In this document: positions 37,101 to 50,037 of the stretch, in pieces | Layout of the letters: every line of letters starts with the position of its first letter | Position numbering within the stretch: the stretch's first letter is position 1 | Source of the DNA: Hyphochytrium catenoides | Taxonomy: Eukaryota; Protista; Hyphochytriomycota | Assembly: GCA_900088475.1 (NCBI GenBank) | Contig: FLMG01000787.1 | Coordinates: 98,871-162,870 of the forward strand | Direction: 5' to 3' | DNA: 64,000 nt | The notes under the pieces: generated by a model | Seen by the model: the letters and a program-made list of their open reading frames with translations, nothing else | What the model was told of the DNA's origin: nothing | Databases searched by the model: none | Program-made: the position numbers and the translations under genes

Positions 37101-40100
37101 ATCCTTTCTGTGTCTGTCACGTTAGAAGGCATTATGACCCGCCGAGAGGAAAGGGAGGATGAAGAGGTTGAAGCACTGGAAGTGGGGCGGGAAAGGAGAG
37201 GGGCAAGGCTCTGAACCCAAGTAGCCAGAAGCTTGAACACAGGGTTGGTAAGCGCTTCAGGTTGTTTCCAGTCCGGGTGGCATAGATACTGTCTTAGAAC
37301 CTGTGACAGGAAGGGGACGAAGCAGTGAGGATCTTGGCAATTGGTGGCCTAATCACCGAGAGAGGAACAAGAACAAATGAACCCAGTAAGACCGTAGGGT
37401 TGGACCTTAGCGGTAGCCTCCCTAATATCTATCGTTGATAACTCTTCCATCTCCTGGGCTAGACTGTGAGGCTCAGCGCTCCAGCGAGCGGCTTCGCCCC
37501 AGCTGACCGCTGACACGTTAGAGCTGGGCGGCTGCGTGCCAAGGAAAGAATGCAAGGATGGCGTTAGTGGAGTATTAGCTGTCGTCTTATATTCGCGAAA
37601 CGATCTGTTGGCTGCCTTTTGTTAAAGAACTTTTGACCAACTCCTGGTGATTCACCCCGAAGCCACGTGCTCTATTAGCTTCGCCCAGCAGTTGCTTCCC
37701 TACTCCCTTACCTTTGGGGTTTTCTCTGGATTGAGCAGGATAAGGACAGACTCAACCAACAGGGCCTCTGAGACCATATAATCATCGATGGATAGTGCTG
37801 TTAGCTCCTCTTTCCTCAATTGTCGCAGTGACATAAGAACGTCCTCAAGCCTATCCCTCTGCTCTTTGTTCATGTCAACCCTATCTGACGTATCCTGAGA
37901 GGAAGTTGGTCTGCCCTCTACTTCAAGGTAAACAAATGGACTCGTCAATACTATCACGCGTGATGTCGTCTTCAGCTCCGTGCATAAGTCTATAAGAGAA
38001 GAAGTAAGATATTGTGGAAAGGCACGAAACGCATGAGATATGTAGTTGAGGGTAGGTAGGTAAGGGGCAAGCAAATGATTGGTAGAATTCTAAGCAAGAG
38101 AACCTCCGACGAGACAACGCTAGCATGACACCCCACGTGGTGAAGGAAACATGAATGCCAGAAAAGGTGACGCACTTTGGAGCATCTTCAGAAAGAGCTT
38201 TCTCCCTTTCTGGTCGAGTCCAAGATCCATGGAGATACAGTGATAGCCTCCGCCGCTATTCTGCAGACGACCTGCCAAGTTGACACTATCGCCTGTCTCA
38301 TCGCCTCGATGAAAGTGCACTGAAGGAATCGCTACAATGAGCTGCTGCTTTAAGCTGTGGCAGATATTAGTGAGAGATGGATAACATTCATCATACTGCG
38401 GAGGTGAGGCCGCTCCCAATTCGCTGAGTTTAGGCAACCATTCCTAGTGCAGTTTTGCTTTGTCAGGTCTCTCTCTCTCTCTTTTTTACCCCTGTTTGTC
38501 GCCCTAGCACGTCTCCTCGCTATTAACTGATGCTATCTCCCTACTTACTGGTTCAGAAATGTCGAAGGAAGCTTGGAGTCAAGGACTAAAAGGTGGAACT
38601 CCTTGACCTAGGAACGGGGGTTAGCTGGCTAGCGGGTATGGAAAATCTGAAAGGCCAGCACGCTGGCGCTATTCCTCCTCCTACCTCTCTTCGAAGAAGT
38701 TGCAGATTGAGGAAATCTCTCCTCCCTTTGGAGCTCTCCCTTTCAACGTCTCCTGTCCTGGCCTCTATTGTTGGCCTTTCTCGTCCAGCGCCAGCTAGTA
38801 TGAGCTCCACTGCTAACTTAGCTTTGACTGCTTGCTCCCTGTTGAGGAAGGGAACCTAGGATAGGAGAAGCATAAGGGTCCTGAAGAAAAAGGAACCATG
38901 GAAAAGGGACGTCGAGAACGCAAGCTTTACGCAAAGCAGTTTGGAAAGAGGCCTTGGGAGAAAAACAACGAACGCGTGACCGAATCTCTCAAGAATAGTA
39001 CTAAGGCAAGCAAGATACTTCCTACCTGCCACCGCAATAGAGTCTCATACTTGGTCTTATTGTGCAGCCAGCTGTCTTTTCCGGCGTCGATTAGCCGTTG
39101 GAAGTCCTGTCGATGGGAGTGCTCTGAAGGAGGTCGCCAAACAAGTAATGATGGCATGTTGCTGACTTGATCTGTCATCCCTGGGGCTGGGCAGATGTCT
39201 CTCTGTCTTTGCCATTGAAGCTTCTTTACGATATCCTTAGGATATATGCGGAAGGAAGCTCTCTGTCGACTTTGTAGGCTAAAACAGGAGACAGAGACCA
39301 AGGGCCAGTCCTCTCCAGGAGGGGCAGAAAGCGAAACCACCGAAGACCGGGGAGGAGGGCAAAAGACGCGTATGACAAAGAGACAGTAGGAGTTTGCTTC
39401 TCTGCGAGCAAAACGGAAGGTCGTGGCCCTCTTCTGATAGATTTGTAGAAGAGCGAACAGGACGGGCCCGAGGTGCTTCTGGAGCAAGACTCCTTTCCTT
39501 CCCTCTGGCCAGTTCCGCTCAAGGGCTTCTTCATTTTCCCGTTCCGTCTCCTCCATACCAGCCACACAGTCAACGATCTGCTGGACATTCATCCAGAGCC
39601 CCTGTCCTCCCTCCTCCTTTTCCAACCGACTTCTTTCTCCGTCAGTGATCGCCATGTTTCCGCTTCTATGGCTCTCATCTCCTGTGCTGGTGGAGGTGAG
39701 CCTTCGAATAATCTGGATCCGAGTACAGAGAGAGGAAACAATGGCTGTCCAGACTCGGGCCCTCTCTTCTTCATCTTTCAAATCTATGGAGCACAAAGAG
39801 CGAAGAGAAGAAGACAGGCTCTGCCGCCCGTACACGGCACCAGATGCTCGGCGCTGGTTCAACCTAGATCCGACAAGCACTGACACGCGCGGCTGAACAG
39901 AAAACAAGCAATCATATCAGAGATACAGGCTCATTAGAGAGGGTAACAGGGTCTCAATGCAATAGCAGCACAGAGTACATAAGACTAAGGATGTAAGAGG
40001 TGGAAAGATCATGTCACTCAAAAGGCAATGTGAAAGATGAAGAAAAAGCAACAACAGAGACTCTTGGCTGCTCGAAAGGAAGATCATGTGGGCCCAATGG

Positions 40101-43100
40101 GTTATTAGGACTAGGCTCCCCGAACGGTGATTATAGATCCTCTAATAGCGGGCGGCCAGACTGGCAGACAAGAAGCAAGCACTAGGATCTTACCGCTGAA
40201 TCTGGCTGAAGATTGAAAGCTCTCTCAGCTAATGGCCATCAACGAAAGGTGGCCCAATAGGGGAAAGCGACAGAAAGGAAATTGAAGAGTGAGACCTCGA
40301 CTCCGAGATCAGGGGTGCGGAGAAGAAGCGAATGTAAACCTGCATTGAAGACGCAATATAGGTACAAACGTAGGGGCCTAGGTGACTACTACACGAAGCT
40401 TAGGGAAGACGAGGGTGCAAGTACAAAGTTGGAGAAGAATAGCGACGCAAGAATATCTCTTACAGCCTCGGGATAAATGCCGGGAACGCCGTGGCCCTAA
40501 AGAATCTCTTTGCGAAGTCTCCGCTGTATCGAAGGGAAGCCAGACCGGAAGAAGTGTGAGCCGGTTTAACGGGAACTCTTAGCTAAGAGATTCCAAGGCA
40601 GCAAGCTAAAGCTGTCAACAACGAGACAGCTCTGTAATGAGACATAGGGCGAACTAAGATATATCTATAAAAGTGTTAGGAGAGTGAAAAAGGATAACCT
40701 AGAAAAAGACAGCTGTAAAAGGATATAGCCCCTCAATGATAGGCATCAGCACCACTACAGAGGCAAAGGAGATGGCTCTTTGTCTCTTACGGCTTGGCTT
40801 CCCAGTACTCTTACGCCCGGTTCGCTGAGATAAGGCTTCCGATCGCTTCTGACTGGACTTTCTTCGGTCTACGAAGGATATCAGAGAGAGGCAGCTTCAG
40901 TGTAAAAACGAGACTCGCCCTTGTGTGCTTTTCTAAAGTTTACTAGAGATGCTTGACTAGGCCATGAACTTCAGAGGCAACTCTCCAACGGTTCACTGTG
41001 ACAGACGCAGAATCTCTTGGATTAGCGAGTTATTACCACCTGGACTGAGACCTTGGATTGGAGGGACTGGGTGTGCACTTCCTGCCGGGAAGAGAGATTG
41101 CATTGATGTGAGACCCGCAAAGCATATTGATAGACTAGGAGGGCCGATGGAAGGAAAAAGTGAAAAGCAAGAGCCAACAAACCAAGGAAAGTGCTTTTCA
41201 GAGTATATACATTCGGTAAGTGACGAAGGAACGACAAAGGTGGCGTAAAGATAGGCCTTCCCGTCTCTGTAGGACATGGATTGACAGGAATGGTCCCAGG
41301 AGAGAGCTCTCCATTATACCTTGCTGCTGTTGCTGCTGCTGAAGAAGGACAAATCTCTCCAGGCTACTCATTTCCCTTGCATTTCTGGGATCAACGAGTG
41401 AGCCTCCGCCTACACAGCGCGACGAGTGGCGAAAGGAGTCTGTTCACTCGATCTCACGGGATGGGAAGCAGATAGAGGATAAGTCGTTGTGGAGATGTCA
41501 TACCGATTGAGCTCGTCTTCCTCCCGCTACCTTCATCATCTTCGATGTCTCGCTCTTCCTCTGCTCCTTCCATAATTGCTTCAATATTGGAGAAAGACGA
41601 AGAAAAGCCGGAAAAGTCCACTCCCTGTGCCATCCAGCCTTTAGAGGAGCTCTTTTCGGCAGTCCTTAGTTCTGGGACAACCTCTGCCGCTTGCTGCCGC
41701 TCTCTATGCCATGTTATTTCTGCTTTGACAGCGGAAGAGGATGAGGATGGAGAGAGAGAAACAGACAGGTGTTCCAGAAAGGTTTCCATAGACTCAGGAG
41801 AGAGGGTGAACCCAGCCTCCACAATTGAAGAGAGAAGAAGGATTAGCTCGCCCTTAGGCAACTCTCGTCGCTGTTGCCTTCCGAGAAAATACCCATGTAG
41901 CCCGAAGAGTCAACCGACACGAAGGGAACAGAGAGTATAATAGGTTAGACCATAAGCTTGGAAAGGAGCAAAACAAAAAAGTCATCATAGTCCAATGCAA
42001 CGGGGTCAGACAAAGACCAGGACATAGCAAACAAAATAATGGAGCGATGTACTAGTACAAAACTAAGAGAGGAAGAGGTAGAAAGACGAGGGGGCAATAG
42101 CGGATAAGAACAGCAAGGGCCCTTTGTTTGAGGATGCCTGGAGAACAGTCAACAAGCTGAAGAAGTAGCTGACCTTCTTCTACCCTTAGGAGCTGTGGGC
42201 AACGGCGCTCCGTGGACAGTTACAGATACGTTAAGAAAGCGAGAGAGAGTAGAGCCATAGATCTGTGCAATAACGGCGAGTGAGGGTCATATGATGGTCA
42301 TGACTGGAAGAGAGGGAGGTGAAGAGTCCAGACAGGAGCAATAGCTTCTATGAAGGCCAGACTTCGCGTAGATCCCCTGGCCAGGAGAAAGAAGAACGAA
42401 AGAGGAGAATAGATAGATTTATCTGCATGCTTGACGGAGAAAGAGAGACAAGGGGGCCCAATGGTAATGAAAGGTAGAAGCTATGACAGCAGGAGGAAGC
42501 TTGAAGGTTTCGAAGCTCTTCACCTCGTAAAGCAGAAACATTCTCTCGCTCTCGACATATCGGGAAAAGATGAGCATTTCCTTGCATTTCTCCGCCTGAG
42601 ACTTCCAAAACTGACGAAACTTTTCTTTCCTATGATGGGGCTGTCCGCCTGCTAGGTCCGCATCCTCCTCCTCCTCTTGGTGGATCTGGTGCTCAAGTTT
42701 GCTCTCTAGAGCACGGGTTTCTGAGACGCCTACGTGATATTGAAAGATTTACTTAGCTCCTCCAAAATGCCCCTTGCTCTGAGATCCGTTCTGATCCCAT
42801 TGCAACAGGGACGTCCTGCCTCCATCGCCGTCTGTCTAGCACTTCTACCACTTTTACCAGCGCTAATTTGTTGCATACTGCTACTTTCCTCGTTCCTATT
42901 ACCTGGCTGCCAGCTAGGCTCCGCATAGACATCGTAAGGGGAGTTGGACCCGAATTGCACTTCGCAGTCTCTCCACAGTTCGTCTATTTCAATGACTCTC
43001 CGGCTCCTCTTCCTTTCAGAGATTTCGAACGCCTCGACAGCGATAGAAGGGAGAAAAAACGATGGAGAAGGGGAGCTCTTGCAGGACAATGCGAGAGATA

Positions 43101-46100
43101 CTGTCCACAGGACATGCGTCTTCTTATCCCCCTCACAAATGCCGTTGGTGCCGTTGAAGTTACCTATAGCATCTTCAGCCCTAAGTTCTAAGGAGCCCGA
43201 ACCAGCAGACTGGACCAGAGGACAGGGGTAGCAAGCCCTGTAAACCTCGATGCACGAGGCTCTTGTTTTGTTGATGAAAAGACCGTGGTGCCGAGGTTTT
43301 GACCATCTCAACCCTTCCTTGTTGGACGCTAAAGATCCGGCAATACAAACAAAGGTCAGAAGAACGGAGAGACCATACATAGTAAACCGGACAGTGAAAA
43401 GCAGAAGTATAAGGGAGATATGATATGCTACGAGGAAGCGAACTCGTCCAACGACAAGTGGTTCTTTGGCAGAAATACCAGTGACATGCGAGGGAGCAGA
43501 AGGCAGCATTTATGATGACCGCTTGCGTCCGAGAGACCAGTAACAAGGACAGTAGTGCAAGCAGATACTCCGGAAGGAGTTTGAATTTGAGAGAGAAAGA
43601 TATACCGTCTCTTTCAATTGTCAAGCCCTCCGTCCAGAGCATTAGACCGCCAGGATTGCACTGGTATCCAGCTCTCCTGATCTCCCTCTCACTCCTCCTT
43701 AGCACCAGAACCTTTAACCCTAGCTCGCCATCCCGTCCGTCTGCTTCGTCTTCTCCAAGTTCCTTGCTCCCTAATCCTCCTCCTCTTCCCCCGTGGCATG
43801 TCCAGGCGTACACATCATATCCTTTAGGGTCGTATCCACGGGCAGGCCGACGAAGGATCGTAATCTGCCACTGCTGATCTTGCAGAGTCATCGCAGTGTC
43901 GACTAGTGGAATTTCATGCTATGATGGGAAAGGAAAAGAACATAAAGAGAGTGAGGAACTGTCAAAAGAGGATAGAGACATGGAGGATATAAAGGAAAGA
44001 AGTCAAGAATGGCCAGCTAAGGGATTGGAGCGAGAAGAGAGCCTTTCCTAGATGACCCGAAAATCAAGATGAGATGAAGTCAAGCGAGGATGCACGGAGA
44101 GACGAAAGTGCAGAGCTGGAAGTGAAAATCTCAGGATAGCACATGCGTGAGTCAGACCTCAACGACATAACTCCTCACGTCCTCCTGGCGCATAAGTTTA
44201 CGCTCTTCCGCCTCGGCAAGCTCCTCCGCCTTCAACCTCCTCTGTCTCTCATCTTCCTTTTGCTTTAGCCGTTGCTCCCGCTGAGCATTAAGCGCCTCTC
44301 TCTGATGTCTGTTTTGCTCTTCAATACTCTACGACAACGGTAAACGAGGCGCAAGAAAGCGTGAAGGGGGATAAGACATTAGAAGACTGCAGGAATCACG
44401 AAAGAAGACAGAGAGGAGCACTTGACATGAAGAGTTGCATCCACCTGGAGATCGTTAAAGATTGCTCCGCTATTTTTCCTTCTCCATTCCCTCTCTTCTC
44501 CCTTCCTCTCCATGGCTAGTCTCTTCTTCCTTTGCTCCAAGAATTGCGTGATCATTGTGTCCCGCCTTTGCTTTGCCTTTATTTTAGCTTCCTCACGCTC
44601 ACTAGAAAAAGAGAGAAGTTAGGCAGGGGGGACAGGGTAGGAACGATGCAGCATGAGGCCCAGCCAAAGTGATTGAGCTTTTCGCAGAAGGTGGACAGGA
44701 AAGACTACGAAACAGAGGCACCATGGGACGGTCTAGATAGGGGGGCAGTACTGAGCAATCAAGACGTTATCTTGGCACCGTCGTACCGCCTCAGGGCCTC
44801 TTTCCTAGCTGCCTCCTCCAACAACTTCTTCTTCAGGCCATTGCCGGTCTCTTCCTGCAGGAAAGTGCTATAAGGGACTCATATCTTGGTAACATTGACT
44901 GAGTGAGTAGTTCTTACCAGCATTAAGAAGAGGTTTCCTCTGTACCATTCGATGACACGAATCTCCTCCCGTTTATCTTCTAGCATTCTGCCTGCCTCTT
45001 CGCTCTCCTCCTCCATAAAGCCCTTCAAGGCTCGTATTCTCTGAAGCGAGAGATCTCGTCTTTGTTCACGGTAGGCCCTAGCATAACCCCAGTGGGTAAG
45101 GTCAGTATAGACCTGCGATGCCCGGTCCCTTTGTCCTTCCTCAGCGTCTTATAGACATTCTAGTCAATGATGTGGGCGCTACCTCGGCCACCATCGTGAG
45201 TTTCCCTCTTCCTGGTCCCGAAGTTGCATGCCTGCAACCTATAATGTCCCGTTAAGGACCCTCTTACCTCCACTTGGTAATGCTCTCTGAACTGACATTG
45301 GTGCTGTCAAGTGCCGATTGATGTTTGATCCAGGAAGCCTTTAAAAGTAAGAGAGAGAGAGAGTGCATCTCCGCGTCAGACTTTTAAAAGGAAGACCGGG
45401 ATAAGCGAACGGTTTAGAGGAGATGATATTAGGAATGCAGATGGACCATGCAACGAAGATTGGTAAGACCTCGACACTTAGGCTGCCATTGAGGGACTGA
45501 AAAGACTCGCATAGTCTTTCTGCTTCCTTCCTCTGTTCGTCTAGTAATCTGCTCCTCACACGTGAAGCAAGATCGATAGAGTGAGGACGGAGGTGGGTGC
45601 AAGGTTAACCTCCATGATTGCTTCATTACGAGAGGAAGTCAGGCACTATTGGCAGGCTAGGAGCTACAAGTAAGGTAACCAAAGGGAAAATTGCTGGATT
45701 TAAGGATGGGAATGGACAGTCCTTTGCCGAATCGGAAAGATTCTGCTCCGAGTACAAGGGCTTAAGACCTCAAAGGCAACATGTCAGTGATACAAATGGA
45801 AGAGAGAGTACCCCTCATTGATAAAGAACACAGCTCCAAACTGACTTCATTCTCTTCATAGCTGCCGATATCTCTGCCTTGATCAGCAGCGTCTTCAACT
45901 GAAGGTCACCCCTGCCTCCTCCCCGAAGTCGTGACAGAGGCTTCAGTTCGTGGTACTTCGAAAGAAACAAGCAGACGTTTTGTTCATCTCGGTCTTTTGC
46001 TTCTCTCGCTTCCGCCTCGTCGAGTAGTTCATCCTCAAAACAATCTCCGAAGGAAGGAAGCGGGGGTCTAACATATCTGTTGATCAATGCAAAGGGTAAA

Positions 46101-48812
46101 CAAGGCTCAGCTCGCTAATTTGCAAGATTCGGTCATCCTTCAGTGGACGGCCTTCTATGGTGACAAACATATAGCTATAGGCTCTCTTTCTCTCCTCTCT
46201 AGGGGTCCTGACCCTCACTGGCATGACCGGACGGCCACTATCTACCTAAAAAACTTGTCAGTCCCTCATTTTCCTTACTTGCCATATTCTCCACCTTCTC
46301 TTCTTTTACTGCTTCCTGCCTTCCTCGAATCATCTAAAACACGGCTTATCCCTACCTTTCGACCGCGTTCAGCAAAGCATTGATGGGTCCGGTAGCCCTG
46401 TATCGACCGTGAAGGCCTTCCTCAGTCAAGAGCACCTAGCAGATCATGGTAGGGTAGGAAGAGACGCTTAGCTATGCGAGCTATGCGAAAAACATAAACG
46501 TAATAAACTCTAATGGACTTGAGCAGAAGCACAAAGGCTTACGCTAGGTACGGATAATCTTGAGTCAGAATGAGGGAAGAGAGAGTATCCTTTCCGAGGG
46601 TGAAGTCGCGGCTAATGAGGAAGGCCAGAGGGCACAGTAATCAGCAAACATTATGAAACTTGTTTGATAAGAGGGTCGAGTTACTCCCAGTCAGAAAGGG
46701 CAAGCGTATGAGAAACATCAGCTTGATCAAGACCTTCATGACCTCACGACAACGGTCATAGAGCACATCTCCTGGCCGAAGACAGGCAAATCCTAGAAGA
46801 CTGCACTCAGAGTGATCGTCTGCATAAGGCAATGAGAGAACTGCCGGCCCATTGTAAAGCTCATAACCTCTCAACTTGGTCGTTCCTCTGACCTTGTGGC
46901 GCTGTGGGAGAACCTGAACTATTCTCTGCGCCAATCTGTAGCTCTAAGCTGATCAGATCATCCAAGCTCCTCTCCGTGTACAGTGGATTGCGCTGAAGGT
47001 TTATCGGCAAATACTTCTTCACGGCCTTTGCCTGACAGGAAGGAGCTCAGAATTAGACCACGAGATGGTGGAATGAGATAGGAGCAATCAAGGAAAAAAT
47101 AACGTTGCTACGACTCCACATCCCGAGAAGTGCGCTAGAAAGTCCATCAATAGCAAAAAGGAGAGAGTTCTCAGGAGCACCGGACATGGCATCACTAGAA
47201 GGTAAACAAAAGAAGATCCACGCTTACGTCGTCGAGCCAAGAGGTATCGTTAGATAGCTTCAGTAGGTAGTTCTCCCCTTCAAATATGAACGGTAGAGGC
47301 TTGGTTGGAAGAAAAAGGAATCGATGTAGTAAAGCGTTAGGACATGTTGGAGGTCGATTGTATCCCCAAAGAATAGGAAAGAATGGAAGCGCGCAGCCAT
47401 GTGGAACTGGATTATATTATAGGACGAACGGCGAATGTAGGGACAGGGTAAAGGCCTTTGAATATCAAGAGTAGTCCATCGCAGGACAGGAAGGAAAGCT
47501 CGTAATAATAGCGGAATGGGCCGACCGAGCAGAGAACGATACGAGCAGGATTAGCGAAGAGAGAAGAGTAGAGGATGAACGATTGTGATGGACGGACAGA
47601 AACAAGGAAGCACTGGATAAATGCAGAACGGAAGTGGGCTGAGCACGAGTGGCTCCACATTTCACCTTCTTCTCCTGCAAATCTCTCCATCGCACTACAG
47701 CTTCGATAACCTTCAGGGTGGCTTCTCTTATGAGCAGAAGTGCGTCTCCAATTTCACTCATGGAGCAAATATCTTCATCATCGTGGACCACTTGCCGCAG
47801 GCGCTGCTTGTATTCCTCTCTGAGGACCTGGAGAAAAGAGGTAGAGGTCAGGGCAAATGGAAAGGACCAGCTTGGGAGGGAAGCGGACAAGTGAGACGAA
47901 AGGAGAGGACAGGGAGCAGCTTGGCAAAGGAAGGGCTTTAGCGAGTAAGAGAACAGAAGAAGGACGAGTACCATTGGGCGTTGACTACCGCTGAAAAGAG
48001 TTAGACCCAATAAACTGGCGAGGAGACAGAGAATAATGAGAAATTGATGCGGGGGACACTTACGATGGTATCATGAACCACCTGATACGCTTTGTGGACA
48101 GAGCTATCGCCTGCTTTATAAGAGTGCAAACAGATGAAGATAAGCTCACTAGTTGAATAGATGACGGATTGAGGGAGAGGGAGTGGGAGAATGCTCACCA
48201 TTATCTTCCGCCGAGAGTGTTAAACCCTTTTCACGAAGCAGCTCCTCAATCGAGGCCGACCTATTGGGCTGATGAACAGGGTAGAGAGATGTGAGAACGG
48301 GGAGTGCGAAGGAGAGAACGACAAGGAAGGAAGACAGAGTTCAGAACCATTAACCAGTGAGTCGTTCTGTGTCCATAACCTGGCTTGTCCTCTGTTTGTG
48401 GGCGCGTTGCTTGGGTCTGTATGGCTTCTGGATGTCGACACCTCTTTCCTGAAAGTAGTCTCGGTAATATCGACGGGGCTTTGGAGGCTTAGGCGCTTCT
48501 TGGTTGTCGCTGAGGCTCTCGTGTTCATTCTCTTCAGGCTTTCGAGGAGAATACTCTAGGAGGAGGTCGAGGATAGGAACGTAGTGGTCCCTGACATAGG
48601 TGGAAGAGGTCCACTCGGGCTTAGAGTTGGCCCCTGAAGCTCGCATTATTGCCTTAACATCAAGGTTAAGTGTGCACCTCACGCGGCCCTTTGAGAGGCA
48701 TGTGCACGGTTGTTGAAGCGCTTAGACAGAAGTTGAGTGCTGACATAAAGCAAACCCGCTTACCCGTGGTCATGGGAGTGGTAGCAGGCAGCCATTGACG
48801 AGCTTTCATCTG
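34192..48812 (-). CDS. Very large multi-exon protein of unknown function with an N-terminal helical domain, charged coiled coil and dynein-MTBD-like segment; start uncertain (possibly up to ~49103)
   Basis: Chain of minus-strand exons flanked by pyrimidine-rich AG and GT sites, e.g. VLREEYKQRL...IREATLKVIEAVVRWR|PLPFIFEGENYLLKLSND, an E/R/K-rich coiled coil at 44170-44860, and long exons at 38927-39900 and 34600-35350. Last exon ends QKSSASLL* at 34192. It could be two genes, and several junctions are unresolved. Confidence 0.55.
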
Positions 48813-50037
48813 CCATTCCAGAGTGCACTGATTCATCCTCAGTGCCACCCCCATCATGGTTGAACCCTAAAAATGGAGCGCGGTGCTTGGCTCGAAGAAC
48901 TCCTGTTTGTAAGCGAAAGCCGGCGGACTGAGTTGGTGAAGGAAGGCAGAAGAGGCACGGCAATCCCAGCACGGGAGATCAGCAAGCGGATGAGGAGTGC
49001 CGGCCGGAGAAGGAGAGTAGCAAGCAGCAGAAACCGCGGAGGAGCATGGTGGAGCGAAGGGAGGAGAGAGATGATGAAGAGAATGAACGCTCTTCTTGTC
49101 CATCTCTGCGCCGCTTCGTAGAAATAATTACTGGAAAATCGATTACTGATTTCTGCATCACACTCAGATGTTCAGACTGATTCACTAACCACTTGACTTT
49201 ATAACACAGTCCATCATTGCCAATCTGCCAGATCTTCATCAAGGTTGTTACTCTATCGAGACTTCAGAGGCTCATGAGTCTACAAATAAGAAGGTTCCAG
49301 GTTCATCAAAGCTTGGAGTCCCACATGACATCTTTGTCTTGAGAAGATTGATTGTTCCTCAATAGCAGCTTGAGCATACTGCACGTTTTGGGTGGACGAA
49401 ACCGTGCTCGGAGCAGATAGGCGGTCAAACAGATCATTCGGTTTGCAGTTAACGAGGCGGAGGAACGCGCATTACAGACATCTTCAGAGATGATGGCAGG
49501 GACCTAGTCGTAAGAGGCATTTAAGCTATTATAGGATGTTGTACGCGCTGGGACCGAGCAGAGACGTAAGTAGGCAAGCGACCTTGGAAGAACGCTTCTC
49601 TCGTATCCCATGAAACATCTCTTCTGTCCATTCACCCAACGATAAGCTATGGGGAGGTCCTCGTTGCCGCAGCCTCTACCCATAGAGATTCAACGGACAG
49701 ATCGATCTTCAAAGTTGCACGTCATGATAGCATCGGCCTCACTGAAGCTGGATGCCGGCGCCTACTAACATGTCTTCGTAATGGAACAGCTGAGAGGAAC
49801 GTATGGCGCATTTGAGACCAAGGACGACATGAGCTGTGCAGTCTGAGCAGACCTGCAAATGAATGAGGGCTCAGGGAAGGGGTCGCGGCTCTTTATCGTA
49901 GCTCTGTGTACATAAGAGAGCTGATTTAGTCGACCTTCCTCTTCAGAGGTTGCAAATTTTATAGCTGAATAATCAAAAGGGTGTATATATATTGTAGTAT
50001 CAAAAGGTAGGAAGACGATTCTTCACGCTCAAAGCTC

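Noticed and set aside
42730-43891. Nested independent gene with a signal-peptide-like MYGLSVLLTFVC
   Set aside because: It lies on the same strand as the surrounding giant gene and is bounded by splice-like sites, so it is more likely internal exons. The frame change between the two ORFs is unresolved.
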